Below, in pieces: positions 13,300-25,121 of a DNA stretch of 64,000 bases. The DNA comes from Mobula hypostoma (Eukaryota), in NCBI RefSeq assembly GCF_963921235.1, contig NC_086097.1, positions 120,034,001-120,098,000 on the forward strand, written 5' to 3'. The position numbers and the translations under genes are program-made. A model generated the notes under the pieces. That model ran no database searches. It worked only from the letters and a program-made list of their open reading frames with translations, and had not been told where the DNA came from. Position 1 is the first letter of the stretch. Each line of letters begins with the position of its first letter.

Positions 13300-13914
13300 C
13301 ACAACATTCAGAACCAGCTTTACAACTCATGTTCTCAGTACTACATTGATCTGCACAACTTGCCTTCTTTTAGCACATTCTACATTGGGGATTGTCAATC
13401 TTTATTTATATATGATTCTTCATGAAATTATCTTGCATTACTTTTGCTCTGTAAATTCTTGCAAGAAAATAAATTTCAAGGTAGAATATTGTAACAGGTA
13501 AGTACTTCGATAATAAATTTACTTTGAGCTTTGAACTTTCAGATCCTGTGGCTAACATTTGATAAATAAAGGTGCGAGGTAGCTCTATTCACTCAGGGTG
13601 ATCTAGCAATGGAGACCAGTGTTGGCAGCTGGGAGGTTAATCTGCCAATCTGTACTTCATCTCGATTGTTCAAGTCTGTGCCTTATGATCTAAGGAAGAA
13701 ACGTGAGTTTTGCCTTGTAAATATACTTGGGAGAGAAACTAATTAATAATGGGATCAAAGACTGAGGCGTGACTTGGTGTGCACTAGAAATCGCAGGGCC
13801 GGTAGGCTGAAGGTTAGACGCTGGAAGAACTTGCAGGTCAGGTGGCATCAATGGAGAGACATAAAGAGTTGACATATTGGGCCAAGACTTTTCATCTGTC
13901 CATCCTGATCTAGA

Positions 13915-14845
13915 TCAAAATTGAGCTTTCCTTTTTGGAGTGAAGGAGGATGGGACGTGTCTTAATAGAGGTGTACAAGATAATAAGAACCATAGATTGA
14001 GTGAGTAGCCATAGCCCTTTTTTTTTCACAGGGTCAAAATAGCTAATACAAGGGGCCATAATTTTACGCTGAGTGAAGTTAAGGATAGGGAGGATGTTGG
14101 ATGTAAGTTTTTTTACACAGAATATGGTAAGTGTGTGGAACACCTTGCCAGGGTTGGTGGTTATGGCAGATACATTGGATGTCCTGCCATTGGAGAGGGT
14201 TCACAAGGATAATTCTGGGAATGAAAGGGTTATCATATGAGGAATGTTTGATGGCTCTGGGCCTGTACTCGCTGGAATTTAGTAGGATGAGAAGATATCT
14301 CATTGAAACCTTTTGAATGTTGAAAGGCTCAGGCAGAGTAGATGTGGGAAGGATGTTTCCCATGGTTGGGGACCCTAGGATAAGAGGGCACAGCCTCAGG
14401 ATAGAGGGGCATCCATTTAAAACAGAGATGAAGTGAAATTTCTTTAGCTGGAGTGTGGTGAATTTGTGGAATTTGTTACCACAGGCAGCTGTGGAGGCCA
14501 GGTTATTGGATATCTTTAAAGCGGAGATTGATAGGTTCTTGATTGGCTATGGCATCAAAGGTTACCGGGAGAAGGTCAGGGAGTGTGACTGAGGAGGGGG
14601 GAGAAAAGGGATCAGCCATAGTTCAATGGCCAAGCAGACTCAATAGCTTAATTCTGCTCCTACATCTAATGGTCTTATGGCCTTATTAGAGATATTTAAG
14701 AAACACTTAGATAGGTACTTAATGATAGAAAAATGGAGGGCTGTGTAGGAGGGAAGGGTTAGATTGATCTGAGAGTAGTTTATAAAGTCAGCACAGAGTT
14801 TTGCTCTGAAAGGCTTTGCACTTCGCTGTAGTGTTCTACGTTCTA
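13915..14845 (+). mobile_element. Two nested CR1 3' ends (inner copy about 14178-14685)
   Basis: Outer copy breaks at gcagatacatt and resumes at agagatatttaagaaacac; inner copy encodes GMKGLSYEECLMALGLYSLEF and has its own tail. Confidence 0.8.
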
Positions 14846-15235
14846 ATATGTTTGAAGGCTTGTTAAACTAGACGCGCAGACAGCAGAGATGTGATGGCTG
14901 AGTACACTGTGGAGCCCTGAATGGATGTGTATAGATTGCAATATATTTCCAGATATTGTCATCTTACAAATAATGATTCTGTTCTCTAATCACATGAACT
15001 CTTATAGTCAATGCTCTTTAAAAAAAACAGGTATTAGATATGCCATTTCAAATTGTGCATCTCTGTATCTTTTGGAAGAGAACATTATTTAAAGAATATG
15101 TTTTATGTTCTATGGTCTTTCCTTCTTTTGAAATGCTACTAGTATAAACTACTCAAATAGAATTTCAGGAAGGAGTTTCCAGGAACAGCAAAACTGTAAA
15201 CAACGATTGGGAAGAAAGCAATCTACGCTATATCT

Positions 15236-15627
15236 CATCATCATCATTATGCGCCCTGTTGTATGACGTGGGCGATCATAGGCTCATGACCATGATTGTT
15301 CTTGGGAATTTTTTCTACAGAAGTGGTTTGCTGTTGCCTTCTTCTGGGCACTGTTTTACAAGATTGATGACCCCCCCCCACCTCCCAAGTCATTATCAAT
15401 ACTCTTCAAAGATCGTCTGCCTGGCGTCAATGGTCGCAAAGCCAGGACTTGTGATTATGCACCAGATGCTCACACGACCATCCACCAACTGCTCCTGTGG
15501 TTTCACTTGATCTTGATTGGTGTGGCTAACCAGGTGCTATACCTTGCCCGGGGTTGACCTGCAGAATAGAGGAGACAAAGAGCACCTTACATCTCTTTTG
15601 GAATGGACGTATCTCCACTCCGCCATT
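15236..15627 (-). mobile_element. RTE-related non-autonomous retroelement with (TGA)n tail
   Basis: catcatcatcat tail; minus-strand gaaggcaacagcaaaccacttc resembles RTE/BovB-type UTR sequence. Confidence 0.55.
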
Positions 15628-16844
15628 GGCACAGTATATCTATATACCATATAATCTATAAAATGCAATAAAGCCAAATACTGTGTTACAAAAGGGAGCC
15701 TGGATTGAGTGTGAAGATTTGAGCACATTCCACCGGTCATTGTAGCCAAAAGATACATAAATATTTACTTGATTGGATTAATTCTTATAATATTATGATA
15801 TTGTGTCTGATCTGCAAGTAGGTGTGCAAATTTTATGAGATTTATTTTGTTCAATGGATAGGTTGCCTGGGATTTCCAGCTGTGTGCTCCCCACTGGTGT
15901 AAAACAATAGATCTTTGATGATTTAAACAGAATGTGATGCCTTTGATCGTTTAATTTTCCCAAACCAAAATCATTGCTAGTCCTAGCCTCTCACAAATCG
16001 ACCTGCAGCAGTTACTCCATAGTTTCATCAGGAATTGATTGGAAAATTCTACAACAAAGATAGGTTTGTACTAAGAGCCTGAGAAATGATGTGACCAAAT
16101 GCGGGCTATTGGAATCCAGGTACAATCCCTATAAGCAAAGAGAAGTAGATTTAAAATATTGACTGATTCGCTTTTTATGGATGCTGTCTGACATGCTGGC
16201 TGTTTCAAGTATTTTCTGTTTATGTTATAAAACAATCAGATACCTCATACCATTCAGTGTGTCCTACTTCCTGATTTCTGACAGCACCCGATGCTTCTGC
16301 TCCTTCATTTCCACAAGCATTGAGAGAAGTTCAGCAGAAAAGTGTTTGCACCAACACATCTTTTAGAATAGGTTGAGATCAGCTGCGTCTCTTAATAATA
16401 CTGACAATGGATACTTGCAGTTACCGTCAAAGCAACAACAAACTGCAGAAAAGGTATTTCTCTTTTTGTCCTTTCTCAGCCTACACTTCTGTTTTAGTTG
16501 TGAAAATGACCAGAAGTGGGATAAAATAACCAAGATGAATGCCAACAATCTGACACTTCTGTCTATTCCCCCCTGGAATGAGGCCCGACCAACAAACATT
16601 AAGCCATCTGTTCCCCAGTGGAAGGATAGGCTTGCTGTAAGTTATGCTTCAATTAATGGGGCTGAGTGGAGTTAAAGTGCACTCTCTCCTCCTTCCATAT
16701 ACTGACCACCCACATCATCTGTCCAGAAAAGTCTTGGTAAAACCAAGAGACTGATGTGGGAAGAGGATTGCTCTGTGAAACAGGATAGACTATGGACTAA
16801 ATGACCTTCCTCTATGTCAAAACCACACCAGTGTGAATACCCAC

Positions 16845-17640
16845 AGTGTCCGGTTACCTCCTGATCGCTACCTCAGAGAACAACCTCAAAACATCCTTCA
16901 AGACGGTGAACCCTCGCAAGACGTCAACCCTCAACTGTGATGAACTGCGATGAAAGGCTGGTCATGGCTAGAACTAACAGTTGCCTGAGCGGTCTACAAT
17001 GAATGCAATCTTACTGCCTCTCCAGTGAGCTTTGCATCACCTGGACAGCAGCAATAGCGATATCAGGCTGCTGTTTATCGATTATAGCTCAGCGTTCAGA
17101 ACTATAATCCCCTCAGTATTAATCACCAATTTTTGAAACCTAGGCCTTTATATTTCACTCTGTGACTGGCTTCTTGACTTTCTCATGGGGAGACCACGGT
17201 TAGTATGGATTGTTGATAAACTCTCTGCCTCACGGTCAATCAACAGTGAGGAACCGTGAAAATCACTCGAGGACCCAGCATGGAAGTGCAAGTACAAGAA
17301 AAAAAAAGCATAGCAGCATCTCAACTTCCTTAGAAATTTGCTAAGATTCAGTATGACATCCAACACCTCGACAAATTTCTATAGATGTATAGTGAAGAGT
17401 ATATTGGCTGGTTGCATCACAGTCTGGTATTGAAACACCAATTCCCTTGAATGGAAAATCCAACAAAACGTAATCGATATAGCCCAGTCCATCACGATTA
17501 AAGTCCCTACTTCATTGAGCACACTTACATGCAGGACTATCGGTAGAAAGCAGCATCAATCATCAGGTCATGCTCTCTTCTCACTGTTGCCATCAGGCGG
17601 AATGATACAGGAGCCTCAGGAATCATACAACCATGTTCAA
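16845..17640 (+). mobile_element. Heavily deleted Rex1/Babar LINE
   Basis: caggctgctgtttatcgattatagctcagcgttc (RLLFIDYSSAF); HALFSLLPSG near 17570. Confidence 0.75.
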
Positions 17641-18510
17641 GTATTTAAGATAGTGCTTCTCACGGGTTTAAGCAATAACTTGTCAGTAGACAATGAAGCA
17701 AAGAAAGCAACTAAATACTTTATTATTCACACTTTTTCTGGTAAATGATTGCTGCAAACAATGGCCTGTGGCCTCCCTGTCGGAGATGAGCTGAATCACC
17801 TGTACGATCTGGCAATATTTTGGATGGAACTGGAGTCTCACTGGAACAGGATGGATCCAGTATGTCTGGGCTGGAGTCGCTGGAGTGGACTTAGTGGAAA
17901 TTCAATGAGGTGGAGCTGAGGCAAGGCAAGGAAAGATAAGAGGATTGATCGATTTAAAAGTTAAGCCAAATTGGAAAGGTCGGGTAATTCAATGTAGCTA
18001 AGGTGAGGAGAGAGCTGAGGATTGATTGATTGAAGAACCGAACTGAATTAGAATGGTCAGGTACTGGCCATATCAAGGAAGCGGAGCCCGAGTCTGCGAG
18101 TAAGGAACGACCTGAAGTTTGGAGGATTTAAGCACCCAGCCAGATTGAAATAGTCAGTGTGTCAGACTTTTTTGTGACTGCCTGTAAGGAGACAAATCTC
18201 AAGGCTATATAAAGTATACCTAATAAAACTAACTTTGAACTTTGAGAAACGGTTATTACTCCTCAACCATCAGGCTCTTGAAGCAGTGAGGATAGCTTCT
18301 TCAACATCAGTTGCCCCATCACCGAACACTTCCCACAAACTTTGGACTCACTTTCAAGGACTTTTCATCTCATGTTCTTTATATTTACAGCTTACTTATT
18401 TATTTATTTATCTGTCTATCTTATCTTTCTCTTTTGTATTTGCAACACTTGTTCTTTTACACGTTGGTTGTTTGTTCCTCCTGCTAGGTGCCATCTTTCT
18501 TTGATTCTAT

Positions 18511-19208
18511 CATAGAAACAAAGAAAGCCAACAGCACAATACAGGCTCTTTGGCCCACAAAGCTGTGCCAAACATGTCCTTACTTTAGAAATTACGTAGG
18601 GTTACCAATAGCCCTCTATTTTTCTATGCTCCATGTACCTATCCAGAAGTCTCTTAAAAGACCCTATCGTTGCTGCCACCACCACCTTTGCCAGCAGTCC
18701 ATTCCACGCACTCACCACTCTCTGCATAAAAAACTTACCCTGATATCTCCTCTGTACCTACTTCTAAGCACCTTAAAACTGTGTCCTTTCGTGTTAGCCA
18801 TTTCAGCCCTAGGAAAAAGCCTCTGACTATACACACAATCAGTGCCTCTCATCATCTTGTACACTTCTATCAGGTCACCTCTCGTCCTCCATCGCTCCAA
18901 GGAGAAAAGGCCAAGTTCACTCCACCTATTCTCATAAGCATTCTCCCCAATCCAGGCAACATCCTTGCAAATATCCTCTGCACCCTTTCTATGGTTTCCA
19001 CGTCCTTTCTGTAGTGAGGCGACCAGAACTGAGCACAGTACTCCAAGTGGGGTCTGACCAGGGTCCTGTATAGCTGAAACATTACCTCTCAGCTCCTAAA
19101 CTCAATCCCATGATTGATGAAGGCCAATACACTGTATGCCTTCTTAACCACAGTGTCTACCTGCATAGCAACTTTGAGTGTCCTATGGACTCTGACCCCA
19201 AGATCCCA
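18511..19208 (-). mobile_element. CR1 3' end inserted in a Rex1 3' UTR (host about 18250-19325, +)
   Basis: ORFs 18870..19082 (LYRTLVRPHLEYCAQFWSPHYRKD) and 18712..18900; the Rex1 tail resumes after 19215; similar to the 3' end of 43885-47615. Confidence 0.88.
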
Positions 19209-19378
19209 AGATGGTTCTTTGGATTATGGTTCTTGGAGTTACTGTGTATGCCTGCAAGAAAATGAATATTTGTGTTGAATATGGTGACATACTGTATATG
19301 CACTTTAATAATGAATTTACTTCAAACTATCACAACCAGATTCCATGCATGGCTGATGACTGATACCAGGAACTTAGT

Positions 19379-19525
19379 GCGAAAGAGTATAGTTGAGTTT
19401 CAGGCTGTGACCATTCATCAGGACTGATGAAGGGTCTCGGCCTGAAAAGTCGACTGTACTCATTTTCATAGATGCTGCCTATGTTGCCTGGATTTCCAGC
19501 ATCTACAGATTTTCTCTTGTATGTG
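19379..19525. mobile_element. Fold-back Penelope-terminus element with back-to-back hammerhead-like cores
   Basis: Centre ttcatcaggactgatgaa; flanks ccaggaacttagt (19366-19378) and ccaggaactaagt (19526-19538). Confidence 0.8.
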
Positions 19526-20169
19526 CCAGGAACTAAGTATTACTTTCCCAGCAAATTCTGGCCTTGGTTTTATTCCTCAAAGATTCCAGAGGATTAAGTG
19601 CTGAAGGAACAATTTTTCAATGAGTGTTTCCAATGCATTTTCATGAAATAGAATTCTATCATATATAAATTCCAACATGTACTGATGCAACATTTGTCAA
19701 CACACAGCTACTACTAATAAATATGCTTCAGAAGGTGTGGTAGCACAACAATATTTTCTAAATATTGCTGGAATATATTAAAATGTTCCTGCATGAATCA
19801 CCACTTGGCTGTTGAATGATGGATCCTTATACGGTCACCATTTTAAACTGTTAAAGCAGCCTCATAAATGTCTCTATCGGCAGTAAATCTTCTAATGTCC
19901 TCATAACATTTTTCTAACTTTGACTGCAACTTGCGGCAAAGTCCTGCAAGTGCTTATTTTCTGAAGTACAATTGCTTGAAACATCCATTTTCCACCAAGG
20001 CCAAAGAATATGGTCTTTACAAGTCTGATATTTGAGCAGAGTATCCGGTGTAGATCCTTATCTTCCACTAGAATCTATTTGTTGTTCTGCATTGGGCAAT
20101 AATCTGCAGAAGTCCCATATGTCTTCCTCAGATGAAACTGGCCTCACAGTTCTGGCTCATTTTAAGCTT

Positions 20170-20537
20170 AATTGAATTGACTCTATTTCTTACATCCTTC
20201 ACATACATGAGGAGTAAAATTCTTTACGTTATGCCTCTGTCTAAATGTGCAATGTGCAATCATAGTAATTTATAATAATTTATAATAAATAGAACAGTCA
20301 CTGTGACATGGAAATACACACAATGAGTGTGAGTTCATCAGTCTGATGGCTTGGTTGAAGAAGCTGTCCCGGATCCTGTTGGTCCTGGCTTTTATGCTGT
20401 GGTACCACTTCCCAGATGGTAGCAGCTGGGATAATTTATGGTTGGGATGACTCGGATTCCCAATGATCCTTCCGGCCCCTGTTTCACACCTGTCTTTGTA
20501 AATGTCCTGAATCATAGGAAGTTCACAACTGCAGATG
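20170..20537 (-). mobile_element. Rex1/Babar LINE 3' end
   Basis: ORF 20270..20542 (RIIGNPSHPNHKLSQLLPSGKWY..RDSFFNQAIRLMN); same subfamily as 62322-63010. Confidence 0.85.
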
Positions 20538-21590
20538 GACAATAGACAATAGACAACAGGTGCAGGAGTAGGCCATTCGGCCCTTCAAGCCAGCACCACC
20601 ATTCACTGTGATCATGGCTGATCATCCGCTATCAGTATCCAGTTCCTGCCTCATCCCCATAACCTGTGATTCCACTAACTTTATCCATCTCTTTTTTGAA
20701 AGTATCCAGACACTTGGCCTCCACTGTCTTCTGGGGCAGAGCATTCCATATATCTACCACTCTCTGGGTGAAAAAGTTTTCCTCAACTCCGTTCTAAATG
20801 GCCTACCCTTAATTCTTAAACTGTAGCCTTTGTTTCTGGACTCACCCATCAGCGGGAACATGCTTCCTGCCTGCAGTGTGTCCAATCCCTTAATAGTCTT
20901 GTATGTTTCAATAAGATCCCCTCTCAGCCTTCTAAATTCCAGAGTATACAAGCCCAGACATTCCAATCTTTCGACATATGACAGTTGCGCCATCCCGGGA
21001 ATTAACCTTGTGAACCTACGCTGCACTCCCTCAATAGCAAGGATGCCCTTCCTCAAATTTGGAGACCAAAACTGCACACAGTACTCCAGGTGTGGTCTCA
21101 CCAGGGCCCTGTACAACTGCAGAATGACATCTTTGCTCTTATACTCAATTCCCCTTGTTATGAAGGCAAGCATGCCATTAGCTTTCTTCACTGCCTGCTG
21201 TACTTGCATATTTGCTTTCAGTGACTGATGTGCAAGAACACCTAGATCCGTTGTGCTTCCCCTTTACCTAACTTGACTCCATTTAGAGAATAATCTGCCT
21301 TCCCGTTCTTACCACCAAAATGGATAACCTCACATTTATCCACATTAAACTGCATCTGCCATTCATCTGCCCACTCACCCAGCCTGTCCAAGTCACCCTG
21401 CATTCTCATAACATCCTCCTCACATTTCACACTGCCACCCAGCTTTGTGTCATCAGCAAATTTGCTAATGTTACTTTTAATTCCCTCATCTAAATCACTA
21501 ATATATATTGTAAACAGCTGCAGTCCCAGCACTAAACCTACGGTACCCCACTGGTCACCGCCTGCTATTCCGAAAGAGACCCGTTAAGCG
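20538..21590 (-). mobile_element. CR1 LINE 3' part, relatively young
   Basis: ORFs 21242..21532 (ISKFADDTKLGG) and 20754..21209; gacaata repeats at the tail; closely similar to 36903-37950. Confidence 0.92.
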
Positions 21591-21593
21591 CTC

Positions 21594-22387
21594 GTCATGG
21601 TCTGGATCAGGGTCCCTTTAAATTTACCATGTTTATGTCACGGTCTGGACTGCTGATTCCCTGTTTCCCCGTGTCACTTGGCTTTGGTGATTAGAGGCAA
21701 TTAACGCTCGGCTGAACCGGTAGTTTATACTCTCCGGCTTTCAGCCGTTCGGCGCGGGAATGTTTGCAAAGTCACCAAGGTACGGCGTGCCAATGTCATC
21801 TGGCCGGAGCAAGCCTAGTCTCCACCCGAAGGGAGTGCCGGTAATTCGCCTCTCCTCACCGGAGCAACCCTGTCCAGTTACCTCGCCAAAGCGAGCCTGC
21901 AAAGTTTCCTCACCGAGGTGGGTCCATCAGTTAACCCGCCGGAGGGAATCAAGAACCGCTGTCTACTGTTTCCGGGCCGAGCCGAGAGCTTGCCACAACC
22001 CGGAGGCTCCAAGTCGAGTCCTGGCTCTGGGGGCATTCAAGTACCAGGTCAAGTCCTGGCCCTGGCGACATTCAAGTACCAAGTCAAGTCCTGTCCCTGG
22101 TAGCTTCCCAGTTCCGAGTCAAGTCCTGGCCTTGGCGGTCTGTGATTCCTGTCCTATCCCCCTGTCTGTATCCCTTCTCTGCCCCTCTCGCCTCTAGCCC
22201 TCATCTGCAGCCCTTGCCTGCACTTCGGTCTAGTTCTCTTGCCGGAGTGAGATAGGTACTGTCTGGTGTTCTTTCATGTTGGTCTTGTCTTGTCTTGTCC
22301 TCGCCTCTGTGGGGTAAGTCTGGCCGTCTTGCCGTTGCCCCGCAGGGGGTCATATCTTGTCTAGGTTAGAGAGCATGTCTTGTGACG
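21594..22387. mobile_element. GC/CpG-rich solo-LTR-like segment
   Basis: tgtcacgg at 21636 and tgtgac near 22381; CpG-rich against a CpG-poor background; internal minisatellite; no recognisable protein. Confidence 0.45.
22015..22140. repeat. 35-bp minisatellite, about 3.5 copies
   Basis: agtcctg recurs at 22017, 22052, 22087 and 22122; unit about tcaagtcctggccctggcgacattcaagtaccaag. Confidence 0.9.
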
Positions 22388-22655
22388 ATAACTTGAACAA
22401 GCTAGGGTTTTTCTCTTTAGAGTGAGAGAGGATGAGAAGAGGCTTGTTAGAAGTATAGAAAATGTTGAGAGGCATCAATACATTAGGGACATTTAAGTAA
22501 CTCTTAGATAGGCACACAGATGATAAAAAAAATGGAGGGCTATGTAGGAAAGATTAGATTGATCTTAGAGTAGGTTAACAGGTCGGCACAATGTCATGTG
22601 CGGAAGAATGTGTATTGTGCTGTAATGTTTTAGTATATTTTCTGATATGTTCTAT
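22388..22655 (+). mobile_element. CR1 3' end, internally deleted
   Basis: Matches the outer CR1 tail at 14690-14845. Confidence 0.7.
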
Positions 22656-22664
22656 TTTCTACCA

Positions 22665-22855
22665 CCATCCTACACTAGGGTCAATTTACAGTGACCAACG
22701 ATCCTGCACATCCTTGGGATGACACAGGAGCACCTGAAGGTAACTCTTGCAGCCACGGGGAGAATATATAAACTCAAATGGGGTGTGTTGGTGGTTGTCC
22801 GGATTGGACATAGATCACTGGAGCTGTGAACAGTTGTTCTACTAGCCACTGTATC
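22665..22855 (-). mobile_element. Decayed HE1/V-type SINE
   Basis: cactagggtcaatttacagtgacc and ggagcacctgaagg resemble other SINE copies in the window. Confidence 0.55.
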
Positions 22856-23774
22856 ATGAAGAACTAACACACAAACTGCAATTTCAGTCCTCACCTAGAC
22901 CTACAACCTCATAAAGTGCCCAAAACACTTTGCCCACTGAGGTCATACTCACTTACTAACCAGCTTACTAACCTCAGGATAATTATAGGCTCTGCTGTGC
23001 CTCATGACTGACTCATTGCTTAGTGAAGCCTCACATTCAAGCAAACAACAGTTCATATACATTCCCTTCAGCACAGCACAGAAGCTTGCTATTATTTTAG
23101 ACATTCACACACTGACCTAATGTAGTAGATGACCTTGTCAGTACCCTTGGAGAGTTTTTGAGGCCCTCTTGCACAAGGCATATGGATGCTGTAGGTACTA
23201 CTTTTCACCAGCTTGCCAAGCTTCACTGAATGTCTCAGTGCCGTCAAAATGCTGGATCCATCTGGGCAGAACTAACTGAGCTGCTGCCTCTCAACTGTAG
23301 CAACTCAGGTTCAGTCTCGACCTCAGGTGATGACAGTGTGGGCAATGTCCGTTTGAGTTTACGGGTTTCACTTGGGTGCATCAGCCTCTTCCCACTTGCC
23401 AAAGACAAGTGTATATTGGGCGCTGTTGAATGGCTTGATTATAGGTTGTTGGATCCTGACAATTTTGGTGATCCAAAGGATCTTCAGCAGTGAAGAATGA
23501 GGCATAAAACTTTTATGGCCATATTGTTAAATGTTACAAGAGGAAAGAAGAACAAGAAGTCGTGGTAAAACAAAGAAATGACAATGGAAAGTTCAGTCAG
23601 GGTCTTCTCATATTCAGACCAGAGATATAGAAATTCCAGTGCTAACAATTAAACTATAAGATAGCCAGGTTCAAGTGGGATGACAGCTGCTGCTGGAAAC
23701 TAGGAAGTTTCTAGCAAAATACAGAAGCAACAATACTGTAATTACTGGAAGGCATTGAATAATTACATGTATGA

Positions 23775-23867
23775 TATACACTTTGGCCACTTCATTAGGT
23801 ACACATCTACACCTACTTGTTAAACCAAGTAAAATGAGATACCAAATAAAGTCGCCACTGAACGTAG
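23775..23867. mobile_element. Miniature Tc1-type MITE
   Basis: tacactttggccacttcattaggtacac and aataaagtcgccactgaacgta are both TIRs of the family seen at 3735-4299. Confidence 0.65.
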
Positions 23868-24229
23868 GTGAAAATTACAAGCAAACACAGGAAAATTAAA
23901 CTACAGGAAAAAAATAACAATTCCCCGCAATCCATGTGGCTGGTGGGATTTGGGGTGGTTGATTCTTGACAGGAAAATGAGGAAAATAACTTAGAGCGAA
24001 AATCATTGAGGGGGTTTGGTTTGGGATTGCTCTTTGAGATGGAATTGAACCACTGGGTTGAATGACCACCTTCTATATTGTAAGAAATATGTGGAAATAA
24101 TACCTCTCCTGAAAGAGTGCTGCTTATATAGTGGGAGTAGTGCTAGTGTGATCACTTGGGTCAATTATGATGTACTCCAAAGGGGTTATTCCCATAATGC
24201 AGAATGCCTTTGTTTAACATTTGAAGGCT

Positions 24230-24525
24230 GACGCATGAGCAGCCACCACATGCTCGTAGGTAGATTGGGATCAGGGTCCACTGGCAATGGAATGCAAGAT
24301 GACTGGGGACCCTTTAATACTGCAGCCTTCTCCAACTTTACTGCTGTTATGATGTGTCAGCATCTTCCACCAGCTCCACCGTTGAGGTCTGGGCTGGATC
24401 ACTCTTTGTCTGCAGAAATAAACCTTGACCTTACTACTATTTGTGACCCTGCTAGGTGCTAAGCTCCATTCAGTGTTGCTCAGGAACTCGCATGCACCTC
24501 CACCATGACAAGGTGGTGATCCTTG
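24230..24525 (-). mobile_element. RTE-clade 5' region fragment
   Basis: Minus strand begins GGATCACCACCTTGTCATGGTGGAGG, resembling the conserved RTE/BovB-type 5' motif. Confidence 0.6.
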
Positions 24526-25121
24526 AGAAAGTTTCATGGTGGTATATCTTTTTAACAACGGAAAGTGACGTCCTTGACACAATGCCACAGGTTATAAGAA
24601 TGTTCACTATTAAAGCATCAGCTGACACTGAAACTGACAGTACGCATTCACGAACCTTGAAAATGAAGATCACAGTATATGGGAGTTATAAAAACGCCAT
24701 CAGGGTGATGCATGGTGCTGTCTTCATCCTTTCTGAAAATAAACTTCTCCTTGGCATGAGTGTGCTCATTATAATTCTGCAAACAAAATTAAGTGACTAG
24801 CAGCAGTACAACAATTTTGCAAAAATTGTCAACAAAGTTGCTGCTAAAAAGATGCCAGCAGAGATTTTGACTTGTGCTTGCTGTGCTGCCAACATTTTAA
24901 GGAACCTGGTTGTAAATCTCGTCAGCAAAATGTGTTTGTGCAAGAGTAACTAGCAGATGTGAGCAAAAATCCATAATGAGTTGATACCTTGACAATTCTG
25001 TAGGTTGCACTAGATTTTTCAAGAAAACAATGAATGTGTGTAAATTGAATTAAATTGCATGCAAATTACATGCAAATTGCATTTAAACTGAAGGTAAATT
25101 GCAATCAAACTACCTCAGATC

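Noticed and set aside
22015..22140. CRISPR-like array
   Set aside because: Units are contiguous with a 35-bp period and no unique spacers; there are no cas genes and the context is eukaryotic.
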